Sequence record: NC_070966.1
DNA: 64,000 nucleotides
Reading direction: 5' to 3' (one strand)
In this document: piece after piece, positions 17,150 through 27,356 of the stretch
How positions within the stretch are numbered: the stretch's first letter is position 1
How the letters are laid out: each line of letters opens with the position of its first letter
Translations under genes and position numbers: made by a program
The notes under the pieces: generated by a model
Told to the model about the DNA's origin: nothing
Seen by the model: the letters and a program-made list of their open reading frames with translations, nothing else
The model's database searches: none

Positions 17150-18994
17150 TTACGTTATTAACTTATTCTTCTCACTAGCAGGTATCCCATTAGCGATTCG
17201 ATCCATCATTATAGGATACGGATGAACACCATCTTGTGTAACACTAGGTCGTACAATAGATCCTACAGGTAAAATTGCAGCACGTGGAATTGAGAGTATA
17301 AGAGTATTTCCACTAACACTTAGAATAGTAGTCGTAGATAGTCTAGCAATTCCATCAGGCGCTGCATAAGTATTGATTTCTTGTTCTCCTCTAAACAAGT
17401 TAGCATTAGCAACTTGAATAGATGAATAAGTTTCTACTCCATCAGTACCAGCTTGGACAGTGACAGTTGTGCTAGGTAGTTCTAACGTACCTGGCCATGC
17501 ACCACCCTTTACACTTGATACCCATGCGTAATAAGTATCAATAGAATCATCGCAACATGATGATGTCTTTGCTAAGATATCATTTCTCAGGCGCCATTTA
17601 CCACTATTGTCTGTTCCATCAGCAGGCCATGAATTCTGAGATGAGTATGTCTGGAATTCTGCCTGAAGATATAGATTACTAGCAGTGATCGACCCTGTAG
17701 CAGGAGTCGTAGCAGACCCTGCAAAGTTATAAGTGAAACTATTTGGACCTGTGACTGTTATAATCACATTACCATTGTACTCAGTTTGAGTAGCTCCACC
17801 AATCGTAACTGTTTGACCTGTTACAAGTCCGTTAGTACCAGAAGCGATAGCCGCAGTTACAACAGTTCCTACAGATGTCAATGTGACAGTACGTGTAGTC
17901 ACTGTACGACCGAGAGGGGTCGTCGCAACGATCTTAACACCTGGATAACGTGCACGTAGTCTGGTAACCAAGCTGCGGTAATTGGTATTGAAGAATGTCG
18001 TATAAACTGTACTAGTATCATTCTGACCCATCTGATTCAAGATAACAGTAAAAGGTTTCTTATTGTTATTGAATGCAGTGATTTCATCAAGAATTGCCCA
18101 TCGACGAGTAGCAATCGTACTACCACTACCTGTAAGTTCGAGTACAGAGTGTGATCCTGGCATACCAATCATAAAGTGAGGAAGACGTCCAATACCGTCT
18201 GCTTTATCTAGCCATCTACGTAACCATCCTAAGTTACCTCGAGCATCAGCACCTGCACTATATTCTTGACGAGCTTCACCGATACTATCAACGACTGCTA
18301 GTACTACAGGTCGACCATCCCAGTCACCTTTAGCAACCATAAAATCAGGACCGTAGTATGCTGGTTGAGTTACTAGAATGTAATTTATATCGAGTGATGC
18401 AGTGCAGTCTGCAAGTGGTGTATCTTTATAAGCTAGAAGTGTATTGAGATCACTAGCGCCCCATATTCTTTCACCACGATGTTTCTGAATACGATATACT
18501 GGCCAGACTTTCTCACCTACTGCAGTATGATAGAAAGTCCAAATTTCCATCTCACTTTCAGGAGCAACATCGCGTAGAACTAATTCATCCGTCCATGCAC
18601 CATTACTCTGGTCAGCAATTGTTATAGTATCTAGACCTGAGAACTTGCACTGATAGAATACGCCAGCAACTTTGATAAACAAAGCATCGACTACTACAGA
18701 GTTACCAGGAGTACCAATTGTACCAGTTACAACTGTTTCTTGAGGTGAATTTCCACCTTCTGTTGCAGCGAATCCAGATAGATGGAATTTGAATGAACGT
18801 GTTGCATATGAAGGAGTATTTACAATAATCTTACTGCAAAGATAGTTCGTGCCAGATGCTGCTGTAACTAAGTTACCAGATGGTACACGATTTCTAGTTG
18901 CAAAGAACATATAGCGACTAGGATCAACTGGACGAGCTCTTCGTCCATTAAATGCAGTATTAACAATTTTTAATGATTTTTTGGATATAGCCAT
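17150..18994 (-). CDS. SGNH/GDSL-like esterase with inserted beta-rich domain, probable virion-associated enzyme
   Basis: VDSIG (block I), GQND (block III), DGVHP (block V). Confidence 0.7.
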   Translation of the reverse strand: MAISKKSLKIVNTAFNGRRARPVDPSRYMFFATRNRVPSGNLVTAASGTNYLCSKIIVNTPSYATRSFKFHLSGFAATEGGNSPQETVVTGTIGTPGNSVVVDALFIKVAGVFYQCKFSGLDTITIADQSNGAWTDELVLRDVAPESEMEIWTFYHTAVGEKVWPVYRIQKHRGERIWGASDLNTLLAYKDTPLADCTASLDINYILVTQPAYYGPDFMVAKGDWDGRPVVLAVVDSIGEARQEYSAGADARGNLGWLRRWLDKADGIGRLPHFMIGMPGSHSVLELTGSGSTIATRRWAILDEITAFNNNKKPFTVILNQMGQNDTSTVYTTFFNTNYRSLVTRLRARYPGVKIVATTPLGRTVTTRTVTLTSVGTVVTAAIASGTNGLVTGQTVTIGGATQTEYNGNVIITVTGPNSFTYNFAGSATTPATGSITASNLYLQAEFQTYSSQNSWPADGTDNSGKWRLRNDILAKTSSCCDDSIDTYYAWVSSVKGGAWPGTLELPSTTVTVQAGTDGVETYSSIQVANANLFRGEQEINTYAAPDGIARLSTTTILSVSGNTLILSIPRAAILPVGSIVRPSVTQDGVHPYPIMMDRIANGIPASEKNKLIT

Positions 18995-19025
18995 AACATC
19001 AACTCTCAGATTTATCCATGATTAC

Positions 19026-20303
19026 TTATAGAGGAGCAAGTCTCACGTAGTTAGGTGGGACCCAATAAGGATCTAGCATAGGAGCCATAGCTGCAGCGAA
19101 GTATGGTGCCATGTTAGCATGATCTGTTTGCCCAGGGTGAATTGTATCTGACGGATACGAATTAGGATCTCCCTGATATGGTCTCATATCGATCGCAACA
19201 TCACAATATCCATCAGCTCCTGATAGAATCCAATTGTTGTAATCATTCTTTACAGTATTCTGAGCACCTGTGAACGTTCCACGATTCAAGCAGCAGACTG
19301 CTACCATAAGTAGCGGGAGTCCATAAGGTCCGATTGTATTCTTAACTGCAGTAGCAATTGAGATGAAGTCAGCTTTGATCGCTGCTAATGTTCTATTTGC
19401 TGCAATATCGTTAGTAATACATTGTAGAATTACACAAGTTAGCAGGTCAAGATTGACCCATTGAAGAGGAGCGAGTGCAGGAGTCTGAAGTTGCATTTTA
19501 TTAGCATCAACAGCAGCAAACTGCCATACAAACGTCTCTCCATTAATATTATTTAATCCACGTTTGATGTAACCACCAGTCGTTCCTGTATTGGTATCAT
19601 TGAGATACTGAGCAATACTGTCACCGATGACTCTACAAGCAGCCATAGGAACATCAGGAATTCCTGTAATCATCCATGGCCATACAGCGTTACCTCCACC
19701 AGATCCAGATGCATTCATAGCACCTACGCTATTAACCTGAGCACCACCTACTGTACGAAATCCTTGTGATGATGGGCCAACCATGTTGACACCATTAATA
19801 TTGTCAAGCGCTGGATCGAATACTCCAGTCGTAGCATTCTTTACAGTTCTAGTACCTCTGGTGAAGATCTGACTATTAGCAAGAGCAAATGCTCCAACAA
19901 TATTGTCAGTTTCAATCAATCCACCACTGACTAGATCTTTAGATATCGCACCACTATAGGTTGCAGGATACGTAGTTGATCCAATTTCAATTGCACGCCT
20001 CCAGATACTTGTAGCAGCAGGAGATGCAACTTCTGCTCCAGATCCAGGTGTCAGTCTTGCTTGTATATCCTGAATTCTAAGATCTTTAATATTAGCTCGC
20101 CCGATTTTATGAGCATTTCTAACTTGGTTAGCAGTATACGATCCACCTGAAGCCATTAATGATGGAGCTAGGTTAGGAGTTGCGCACCAACTAGCTACAA
20201 GTTGTCTTTTAGTAGGTGTAGGTCGAACTAAAGGTCGATTATTGTTGCGAGGATTTATTAAGATTAATTTTGACTTCAATAATCTGGTTTTAGAGATTGC
20301 CAT
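19026..20303 (-). CDS. SGNH/GDSL-like esterase
   Basis: IGDSI, ITND, DTIHP. Confidence 0.75.
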   Translation of the reverse strand: MAISKTRLLKSKLILINPRNNNRPLVRPTPTKRQLVASWCATPNLAPSLMASGGSYTANQVRNAHKIGRANIKDLRIQDIQARLTPGSGAEVASPAATSIWRRAIEIGSTTYPATYSGAISKDLVSGGLIETDNIVGAFALANSQIFTRGTRTVKNATTGVFDPALDNINGVNMVGPSSQGFRTVGGAQVNSVGAMNASGSGGGNAVWPWMITGIPDVPMAACRVIGDSIAQYLNDTNTGTTGGYIKRGLNNINGETFVWQFAAVDANKMQLQTPALAPLQWVNLDLLTCVILQCITNDIAANRTLAAIKADFISIATAVKNTIGPYGLPLLMVAVCCLNRGTFTGAQNTVKNDYNNWILSGADGYCDVAIDMRPYQGDPNSYPSDTIHPGQTDHANMAPYFAAAMAPMLDPYWVPPNYVRLAPL

Positions 20304-20328
20304 AATGCTATCCTTAATGAGATATAAA

Positions 20329-20360
20329 TGTTAGTAGGTGAAATTTTCCACCTACTAACA
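20329..20360 (-). terminator. Intrinsic terminator
   Basis: TGTTAGTAGGTG...CACCTACTAACA 12-bp stem followed by TTTATAT on the minus strand. Confidence 0.75.
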
Positions 20361-20374
20361 GATTTGAGAGTCTA

Positions 20375-22735
20375 TTAACTCTGTATGTATCTCCAGCAAT
20401 ATCCGTCATCATAACGAGCAGGTACAGCTACTGTTGCTCCATTTGAGAGCGTATAAACTACAGCACATGATACAGTTGGTGTGTTACGATATGTTGGCAT
20501 ATTCGGATTAACAACTTGTCCAGCAGGAATAATGAACGTCAATCCTGTTTCATTAAGGACTTTCTGGTCATTAATTAGCCATTGAACAACAGATGTTGCT
20601 CCAGCAATTTCAGGAACAGTCACTGTCAGAGTAGATCCTGCAGTCATCGTACCAGAGATTGTAGGTTTAACTACAGGATCAGTAGTCGTTACTGAATTAA
20701 CGAAATTAGGACCCTTCGTGAATGCAGGGTAGTCTGGTGTGACGAATGTACCACTAGCGTTTGTATAACCGGTAGCTGCTCCACCACTTCCTGAGAATCC
20801 ATTATTGTTATTCTGTTCAGCGATATTGTCTGTAACGAACCCTGTTGCAGGACGGTCTTGCTTGAAGAATGCTTTATTCTTACGCGTATGGTTATAAAGG
20901 ATTTCATAGTCCATACGCTGCCATCCACCGTCTGGGTCATCATATCCAGATAGTGCCATAGCAAACCAGTTACCTTCGATACGATTGAAAATCCATCGTT
21001 GATCACGAGTATGAATGATTGCACCAGTACCGATACCGAATGAGTTATCATTCAATATAGCACCACGAAGATAGTTATCACGTACGGTAACGAGACTTGA
21101 TAGTGATGACAAGCAGAAGTAGTTACCTTCACAGTCGTTACGTTCGAATAGAACTCTACTTGCACCTTCAATAACGCAGTTACCTTTAAGAGCATTCGAA
21201 AGTACTGAGTGTCTGAAGATATTGTCTGAGACTTCTACGTCAGCAGGTTCCATACCAGACTTGCGTTCGGAGGTGATCTGAAGATTATCTGCTCCAGTAC
21301 CTGTAGGAATACCAAACTTACACCAACGAACTCGACCTTGTCTCCATTTACGGAGATACATTCCGTCACCGTCAATACCATCAACAAGTGTACAATGATA
21401 GATATTACTATTAACGAATCCATGTAAGTAGATACCGTTACCGTACTGACTATTCTTCTCAATCTGGAGTCGCAAGAATGTACTTCCTGTACCATCCGTA
21501 AGACTGATCGCTCGTTGTGTGCCAGTAATCTTCAGATCTTTAAGAATAACGTTAGTTAATGTACCAGATACTGATGCACCAATTGCAAATCCACTTGGAA
21601 CTGTGGTTATAAAGTGAGGAGGTGGTTGTGAAGGGTCACCATAAGCTTGAATTGTTGTATAATTGCGAAGTGCGTGACCTGTTGTAGTCGTAGGAGTATC
21701 GTAAACAGTACCACGCTTATACATCGTGATATATGTACTGAAAACGTCTGCTCCTCGAATACCATTAGCCTTACCAAAGGTCTTGAATGGAGTAGCAGGA
21801 GTCTTACCATTGTTAAGACTATCGTCACCATTGACACTATCAACGAAGTAGGTTCTTGTTAGTCCAGCAGTCGGTACAAGAGTAATAGGAACAATTGTGC
21901 TCTGACTTCCAGCAATATTAGATGCTGTGATCGTTACATAATAAGTTCCTGCAGCTTTTGCTGAATTGACAAGAGTGATCATACCTGTACTTGCATCAAT
22001 AGCAAAATCAACATCATCAATTGAATAAGTGACTGCAGGTTTAGGTGAATTCAATGCAAGGACACGTCCTACACTCGTACCAGATGCAGCACCTTGAGTT
22101 ATATACATATAACCTAGGTATCCATACTTACCATTCTTCTCACTATCAACCCATGTCGTATAAGAAGGAGGCATCTGAGGAGCTTCATTAGGCTTATCTG
22201 TAGTAACACTAATCGTATTACTGATGATTTCGATGAATCCACTAGCTACCGTACCAGCAGTTACACGGAATTGATAAGTACCATCTTCTAACACGTCTTG
22301 GAATACGTGAGTAGAATTACCAGAAATATCTGACAATTCTGAACCGTCAACGATCCATTCTGTATTACCGAAAACTCTATATTCATAAACTATGATTCTA
22401 TCATTGACAGGAGCGCCATTCTCTAGATATAGATTAGAACTAAGAGTAGGGTGGATAGTATTTTGCGGACTAGTACCTGTAATTTTTAGACGTGCCAAGG
22501 AGATCTCCATATCTGTAACTTTAGGAATATTGATTTTGTCGTATTCACGAGCTTTAATCTCAACACTTCCTGGTGGTAAATTTGAGAACGATACAGACCA
22601 GTCCCCATTCTCGTCTGCTACGATAGAATAAGTATTTGATCCTATCGTACCCTTAACGCGCTTCCCAGGAGTAGCTTTACCATGGACTGTTGCAGTATTA
22701 CCTGAAGCATTTTTAGATGTAATTGATATAGCCAT
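20375..22735 (-). CDS. Ig/cadherin-like domains plus right-handed beta-helix, putative depolymerase or tailspike
   Basis: N-terminal Ig-like TVHGKATPG..ADENGDWS; cadherin-like FAIDASTGMIT; beta-helix repeats (GNGIYL, GDGMYL, DNLQI); C-terminal PTISG..WLIN. Confidence 0.6.
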   Translation of the reverse strand: MAISITSKNASGNTATVHGKATPGKRVKGTIGSNTYSIVADENGDWSVSFSNLPPGSVEIKAREYDKINIPKVTDMEISLARLKITGTSPQNTIHPTLSSNLYLENGAPVNDRIIVYEYRVFGNTEWIVDGSELSDISGNSTHVFQDVLEDGTYQFRVTAGTVASGFIEIISNTISVTTDKPNEAPQMPPSYTTWVDSEKNGKYGYLGYMYITQGAASGTSVGRVLALNSPKPAVTYSIDDVDFAIDASTGMITLVNSAKAAGTYYVTITASNIAGSQSTIVPITLVPTAGLTRTYFVDSVNGDDSLNNGKTPATPFKTFGKANGIRGADVFSTYITMYKRGTVYDTPTTTTGHALRNYTTIQAYGDPSQPPPHFITTVPSGFAIGASVSGTLTNVILKDLKITGTQRAISLTDGTGSTFLRLQIEKNSQYGNGIYLHGFVNSNIYHCTLVDGIDGDGMYLRKWRQGRVRWCKFGIPTGTGADNLQITSERKSGMEPADVEVSDNIFRHSVLSNALKGNCVIEGASRVLFERNDCEGNYFCLSSLSSLVTVRDNYLRGAILNDNSFGIGTGAIIHTRDQRWIFNRIEGNWFAMALSGYDDPDGGWQRMDYEILYNHTRKNKAFFKQDRPATGFVTDNIAEQNNNNGFSGSGGAATGYTNASGTFVTPDYPAFTKGPNFVNSVTTTDPVVKPTISGTMTAGSTLTVTVPEIAGATSVVQWLINDQKVLNETGLTFIIPAGQVVNPNMPTYRNTPTVSCAVVYTLSNGATVAVPARYDDGYCWRYIQS

Positions 22736-22741
22736 CTTATG

Positions 22742-24217
22742 TTATCCATGACTCTTAAGTTCAACTGTAATAAGCATACTATCTGTACCGCTATTAGTGA
22801 ATGCTGACTGCGGATCTGTATTAACAGGTCCATTAGTATCATAAACTGCTAGTCTTGATGTAGACGATGAGTTAGTATGGTCTTGTCTGACTGTCCATGA
22901 AGCTCCTATACTACCTAACGTGGTACTACGGATAGCAGCCATACAAATCAACCATGAGGTACTATCAGTATTCTGAAGTGCCATAACATCAGCATTCTTA
23001 CGCGTAGTTCCTGAAGCTGCGAATACAGTATTAATTGCACCTATTGGTGCAGCATTGTTTGCACCTCTATACACCATTACTACAGTATCTGTAGCACTTG
23101 TTGAAACGATAGAAGGTTCTGAGCTAGTAGCAGCCACCTTCCAGAAGACTCTACCTAGATAACCACCAGCACTTAAGAAAGCACTAGTAGCAGTCCAACC
23201 TGAAGGTAGTGTGAATGTTCCTCCATCACGGAATACACATGCTACAAATAGGTCACCCGCTTGGTGAGTAGGCATAGCTACAGTAGAAACACCCATTGCA
23301 GATGATACGAACGTAATTGCATCATCGATCGTAATAGAGTCGAGTGCTTCTTCACCTACTGGAAAGTCAGTAACCATCAAGTCAGCTAGATTGTAGCTAC
23401 CTGCTGGTAGATCTTCTGTGTATGTATAAGTCCAATCACCTTCTGCATCTGTAACTGCTGTGCCATTTTCTGTACCACTAGGCATAAGGAAGTGAATCGT
23501 AAGACCTGATACACCTGTATTTGATCGAACGTAACCTGTTAATGTAGGTCTAGTATTCGTTGTGATATTACCTGAAGAAACCGGTACACCGTCAATCGCA
23601 GATAGGTACAGACCTTCTACTTCAGTAGCTGTAATCAAAATTGTCAATGTTCTACCTGCTGTCGTAGTAACAAGTAGTTCAGTCGACCCTACTGTTACTG
23701 GACTCTCTCCTTTAAGAATTCTATTAGTAGTATCACTGAATGTGAATCGGCCATCATCTGGAGAGATGCTAAAGATCTTCTCATCAGCACCTATATCAAG
23801 ACCTGTCAAGGTAGCGATAGTTGTTCCTTCGAGATCGTCAATGGTAAGAGTACCAGTAGTAGGTCCTAATACACCTTCGATCGTATTAACAACGTTAATT
23901 GTAAAGGTACGGATAACAGGAAAATCTATTCCGTTATCAGCTTGAATCGTGACTGTGTGTGAACTATTAGTTTCAAAATCTAATGAGCCACTAAGTCGTA
24001 GAGTTTTATTAACTAGAGAGAATTTGTTGTCTGGATCATCAATTTTAGTAAAGATATAATTAGCTTGTCCACCTGTAATTGACAGATGTCCAATGACTGA
24101 ATTATTCAAAGAATTCTCGAATATTGTAGCATTAGAAAGATAAATTGTACCAGGCAGTCTCGTAGATTTAACGATACTGTTACCGAGAATTCTAATAAAT
24201 TTCTTGGATATAGTCAT
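22742..24217 (-). CDS. Cadherin/Ig-repeat virion surface protein
   Basis: LDFETNSSHTVTIQA cadherin signature; Ig-like RPTLTG..DAEGDWTY; GGAGGT upstream of the ATG at 24217 (MTISKK). Confidence 0.6.
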   Translation of the reverse strand: MTISKKFIRILGNSIVKSTRLPGTIYLSNATIFENSLNNSVIGHLSITGGQANYIFTKIDDPDNKFSLVNKTLRLSGSLDFETNSSHTVTIQADNGIDFPVIRTFTINVVNTIEGVLGPTTGTLTIDDLEGTTIATLTGLDIGADEKIFSISPDDGRFTFSDTTNRILKGESPVTVGSTELLVTTTAGRTLTILITATEVEGLYLSAIDGVPVSSGNITTNTRPTLTGYVRSNTGVSGLTIHFLMPSGTENGTAVTDAEGDWTYTYTEDLPAGSYNLADLMVTDFPVGEEALDSITIDDAITFVSSAMGVSTVAMPTHQAGDLFVACVFRDGGTFTLPSGWTATSAFLSAGGYLGRVFWKVAATSSEPSIVSTSATDTVVMVYRGANNAAPIGAINTVFAASGTTRKNADVMALQNTDSTSWLICMAAIRSTTLGSIGASWTVRQDHTNSSSTSRLAVYDTNGPVNTDPQSAFTNSGTDSMLITVELKSHG

Positions 24218-24248
24218 TTCAGGTATCTTACCTCCGAACATAGAATAG

Positions 24249-24279
24249 TGACGCTACTTACATCGTGTAAGTAGCGTCA
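24249..24279 (-). terminator. Intrinsic terminator / perfect hairpin
   Basis: TGACGCTACTTAC...GTAAGTAGCGTCA perfect 13-bp stem. Confidence 0.75.
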
Positions 24280-24285
24280 TATTAC

Positions 24286-24951
24286 TTACACTTCGATGGT
24301 ATGAAGAGTTACCTTATAAACTTCGCTATTAGCTGCAGGTGTATAAGCTCCAGCAGTAACAAGATAAGCGAATAGATCTGTACCTGTGGTACGAATCTGC
24401 TTACCAATGTTATTAACTTCGACGTATAGAGTTGAACCGATCAGAACAGGCGTACCTAGATCGACGTATCCAAGGAATGATGGACGATCAGTTGCATCGA
24501 ATACGAATGCTCCATTATCTGCAACAGCAGATCCTGGTGTTGCACTGTAAAGATATAGTCTGAAAGAAGTCATACCTGCTGGAACAGATGCAATATCGAG
24601 TTCCAGCTGTGTACCTGTAACAAGGAGAGCTCCTGCAGCAGATCTTACAGCAGCAAACGTAAGAGGTCCACCTACAACGTCGTTAGCAGCATATGCGTTC
24701 ATATCTGCAGGACGTGTAATAGTTAGAGCAACATCCTTAGCAGATGATGTCTGGTTGACAGGTAGAGTATCTTGGTTACTTGCGAGAACTACAGGTAGAG
24801 ATGCAGTCTTAGTCTGTTGACCAAACGTCAGATCTGCTGCTGCACCATCAGCTCCAATAGCTACCTTAATTCTTTGATAGAGTACGCCACCAACATCGTC
24901 AGCAGCGATTGTTGCACCATTACCTGGTGTTACACTCATATTATCAGCCAT
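24286..24951 (-). CDS. Hypothetical virion protein
   Basis: MADNMSVTPGNGATIAADDVGGVLYQRIK N-terminus; beta-rich. Confidence 0.6.
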   Translation of the reverse strand: MADNMSVTPGNGATIAADDVGGVLYQRIKVAIGADGAAADLTFGQQTKTASLPVVLASNQDTLPVNQTSSAKDVALTITRPADMNAYAANDVVGGPLTFAAVRSAAGALLVTGTQLELDIASVPAGMTSFRLYLYSATPGSAVADNGAFVFDATDRPSFLGYVDLGTPVLIGSTLYVEVNNIGKQIRTTGTDLFAYLVTAGAYTPAANSEVYKVTLHTIEV

Positions 24952-24965
24952 TTTCGTATCCTAAT

Positions 24966-25277
24966 TTAGCTGTTTAACAATAGAAGACCACGGTATGTAC
25001 TACCGGAGGTCGGTGGTGAAGTATTTTGACCTGCATAGGTCATGAGTAGTGTTAGTCCCATAGGACGTCCTACTCTGTCATCTACAGGAGGCGTGTCACC
25101 TGCTGTATAAGTCAATAACAATAGAAGTCCTAGAGACTTACCTGTTAAACTCGGATCTGGAGGATCAGGAGGATCTACAGGCGTTCCAGGACTATCAATT
25201 GTAGTCGAAGAGTATTGGTAGCCGTAACTGAACACTCCTTTGACTCCTTGGAATTCGTTAAATATAACGCCAACCAT
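24966..25277 (-). CDS. Hypothetical protein with Pro-rich linker and repeated GLLL motif
   Basis: LGLLLLLTY, MGLTLLMTY, RGLLLLN. Confidence 0.6.
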   Translation of the reverse strand: MVGVIFNEFQGVKGVFSYGYQYSSTTIDSPGTPVDPPDPPDPSLTGKSLGLLLLLTYTAGDTPPVDDRVGRPMGLTLLMTYAGQNTSPPTSGSTYRGLLLLNS

Positions 25278-25317
25278 CTTATGTCCTACTCAGAGATTTG
25301 AATCTCTATAAGATTCA

Positions 25318-25659
25318 TTAGTCGTGTTCTACGTGAATTTCGACACCAGTACCTACAACTGATACAATTCTTCTAACAAATTTTGGTAGAATCCATGCTC
25401 CTTGTGGACGTTTATATGTCTGAGGTTCACTATCTTCATTACTGATTGGGACTACAGTGATTTCAGCTACGATACCCGATGGAACATAGATATCCAATGC
25501 CTTACCATAAATTGGTAATTCTTTATTACCTATCATTTCCGATGTAAGTAGATATGATTTTGTAGACTGATGAGTTCTTCTCTTCTCACCAAGGTTGTAG
25601 AGATTAGACTCTCTATCGCTATACCAACCAGATGGATCTTTTTCTATGTCGTAAGGCAT
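25318..25659 (-). CDS. Hypothetical protein
   Basis: ORF in the late operon. Confidence 0.6.
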   Translation of the reverse strand: MPYDIEKDPSGWYSDRESNLYNLGEKRRTHQSTKSYLLTSEMIGNKELPIYGKALDIYVPSGIVAEITVVPISNEDSEPQTYKRPQGAWILPKFVRRIVSVVGTGVEIHVEHD

Positions 25660-25674
25660 CGAATCTATTCCGTA

Positions 25675-26259
25675 TCACTGATTAAAATATTTTATGACAC
25701 CATCGTAGATTGCATCTGCAACAAAGTCATGTTTATCATTAGCAATATACTTATCACAGTCTTTAATTGAAGAGATGTAATAAGGTTCAATAATTGCACT
25801 AGGCGCATTAATCTTACTCAAGAAGAGATCGATCTTAGGTTTAAAGTCAACTTTAAATTTGTTGCTTTCTACCATAGATGGAGACATCTTCTTAAACCAT
25901 CCTACCCATGCTCCTCTATTGTGAGATCCTAGCATTCTCACACATGACTCTAATAGATTTTCAGCGAGCTTCTTAGATGAATCTTTGTGCATCATAAAGA
26001 AAGCTCGACTGCCATCAGTCTTGGTATTGTTAGTATTACCAAGATGAACTTCGATAGCTAGATCCGGATTGATTTCGTTGATGCGAGTAACCTTGTCTAA
26101 AAGCTTACCTTCAACAACGTGAATCTGGTAAATCGACGGATCGAACTTAAGTTTTAATTGATCTACAATTTTGACTACTTCGTCGTATTCGACGTAGCCA
26201 TTTTTAGATACTCCACGATAATTCTCATAATGACCAGGACTGATGGCAATAACCTTCAT
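25675..26259 (-). CDS. N-acetylmuramoyl-L-alanine amidase (Amidase_3-like)
   Basis: ISPGH, VEY, IEVHL, IIEP zinc and catalytic motifs. Confidence 0.85.
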   Translation of the reverse strand: MKVIAISPGHYENYRGVSKNGYVEYDEVVKIVDQLKLKFDPSIYQIHVVEGKLLDKVTRINEINPDLAIEVHLGNTNNTKTDGSRAFFMMHKDSSKKLAENLLESCVRMLGSHNRGAWVGWFKKMSPSMVESNKFKVDFKPKIDLFLSKINAPSAIIEPYYISSIKDCDKYIANDKHDFVADAIYDGVIKYFNQ

Positions 26260-26268
26260 TTTATATCT

Positions 26269-26571
26269 CTACTTTTTCTTCTTGTGACGGTATGCGTCTA
26301 ATTGTGTTTCTAATCTACCAGCGTAGTTAGAAAGAATTTCTATAGACATTAATGCAGCTTTAGCTACACTAGGTGAACTTGTATCGAAGTCTTCAGTACT
26401 TAAACTTGTGATAGGTAGCTTAGGTCTGACATTCTTAGGTGGCTCAGGCCAGTCTTGTACAACGACTTTCTCGACGACCTTGACTGGAGGCGGGAGAGGC
26501 GTCCGTGACTTGCTCGTACTTACACAAGAACTCAGAAGAATTACAGGAATCATTGCATATACGTACTTCAT
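26269..26571 (-). CDS. o-spanin (lipoprotein)
   Basis: MKYVYAMIPVILLSSC lipobox, Pro-rich; ATGA overlap with the i-spanin stop. Confidence 0.8.
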   Translation of the reverse strand: MKYVYAMIPVILLSSCVSTSKSRTPLPPPVKVVEKVVVQDWPEPPKNVRPKLPITSLSTEDFDTSSPSVAKAALMSIEILSNYAGRLETQLDAYRHKKKK

Positions 26572-26999
26572 TGTCCTGATTCCCACTTATTACCTAGCTT
26601 ATTACCCTCTTCTTTGAGCCATTTCATAGATTCTTGACAAGAATTGCCAATAACTGCTGAAGATAGTTCACTTAGAAGGTGATTATGCTCGATATCTTTC
26701 TTATTAATGACCGTTTCAGAGTCTTCGAGATTCTTCATAAGATCTCTCTTATTCGCCTCAAGAGCGCTGATTTTCTCGTTATTAAGAGTGACAACTTCTG
26801 ACATTTGATTGTAAGAATTCTGCCACTGTTTGATAGCTTCATCTTTGATTTCAATCGTCATAGCAGAATTAACTAATTGAGTCTTAAGACTCTTAATTTC
26901 GATATGACAGTAATAAAGATAAAGTCCAAGAATTGCTACGACGAACAGTCCAATAATTTTAGTTAGATTGTTTGTCAGAAGGGTTGCTAGTATACTCAT
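26568..26999 (-). CDS. i-spanin
   Basis: Single N-terminal TM helix plus coiled coil, directly upstream of the lipoprotein. Confidence 0.8.
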   Translation of the reverse strand: MSILATLLTNNLTKIIGLFVVAILGLYLYYCHIEIKSLKTQLVNSAMTIEIKDEAIKQWQNSYNQMSEVVTLNNEKISALEANKRDLMKNLEDSETVINKKDIEHNHLLSELSSAVIGNSCQESMKWLKEEGNKLGNKWESGQ

Positions 27000-27348
27000 C
27001 TGTTGGAGAACCTCTAAAATCTAAATATTTCTTCCCGAGTACTTCTACCATGAAGATTGACATATAAATTGTCATAAACCATTCTGTGAGTTTATCATTT
27101 AAGACAAGAAATATGAAAGCCCATGTAGATACTACTGTTGCCAGAAGCATACGAATCTTCGAACCACTTAATTTGTTATCCTGAGGATCAACAATTAAAT
27201 CTGTAAGATCGATGTTAGGATACTTTCTGGATGAATGCAATTTGAGGATAACCATGATAGCTACCACAAGAACTACAACGAGACTGAATGCTCGCTCTGA
27301 CATCCACCCAGAGATGTCATGAATTAAATTGAATAGTGCGTCATCCAT
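26959..27348 (-). CDS. Membrane protein, holin candidate
   Basis: About three hydrophobic segments; lysis cluster. Confidence 0.5.
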   Translation of the reverse strand: MDDALFNLIHDISGWMSERAFSLVVVLVVAIMVILKLHSSRKYPNIDLTDLIVDPQDNKLSGSKIRMLLATVVSTWAFIFLVLNDKLTEWFMTIYMSIFMVEVLGKKYLDFRGSPTDEYTSNPSDKQSN

Positions 27349-27356
27349 AATAGTTC

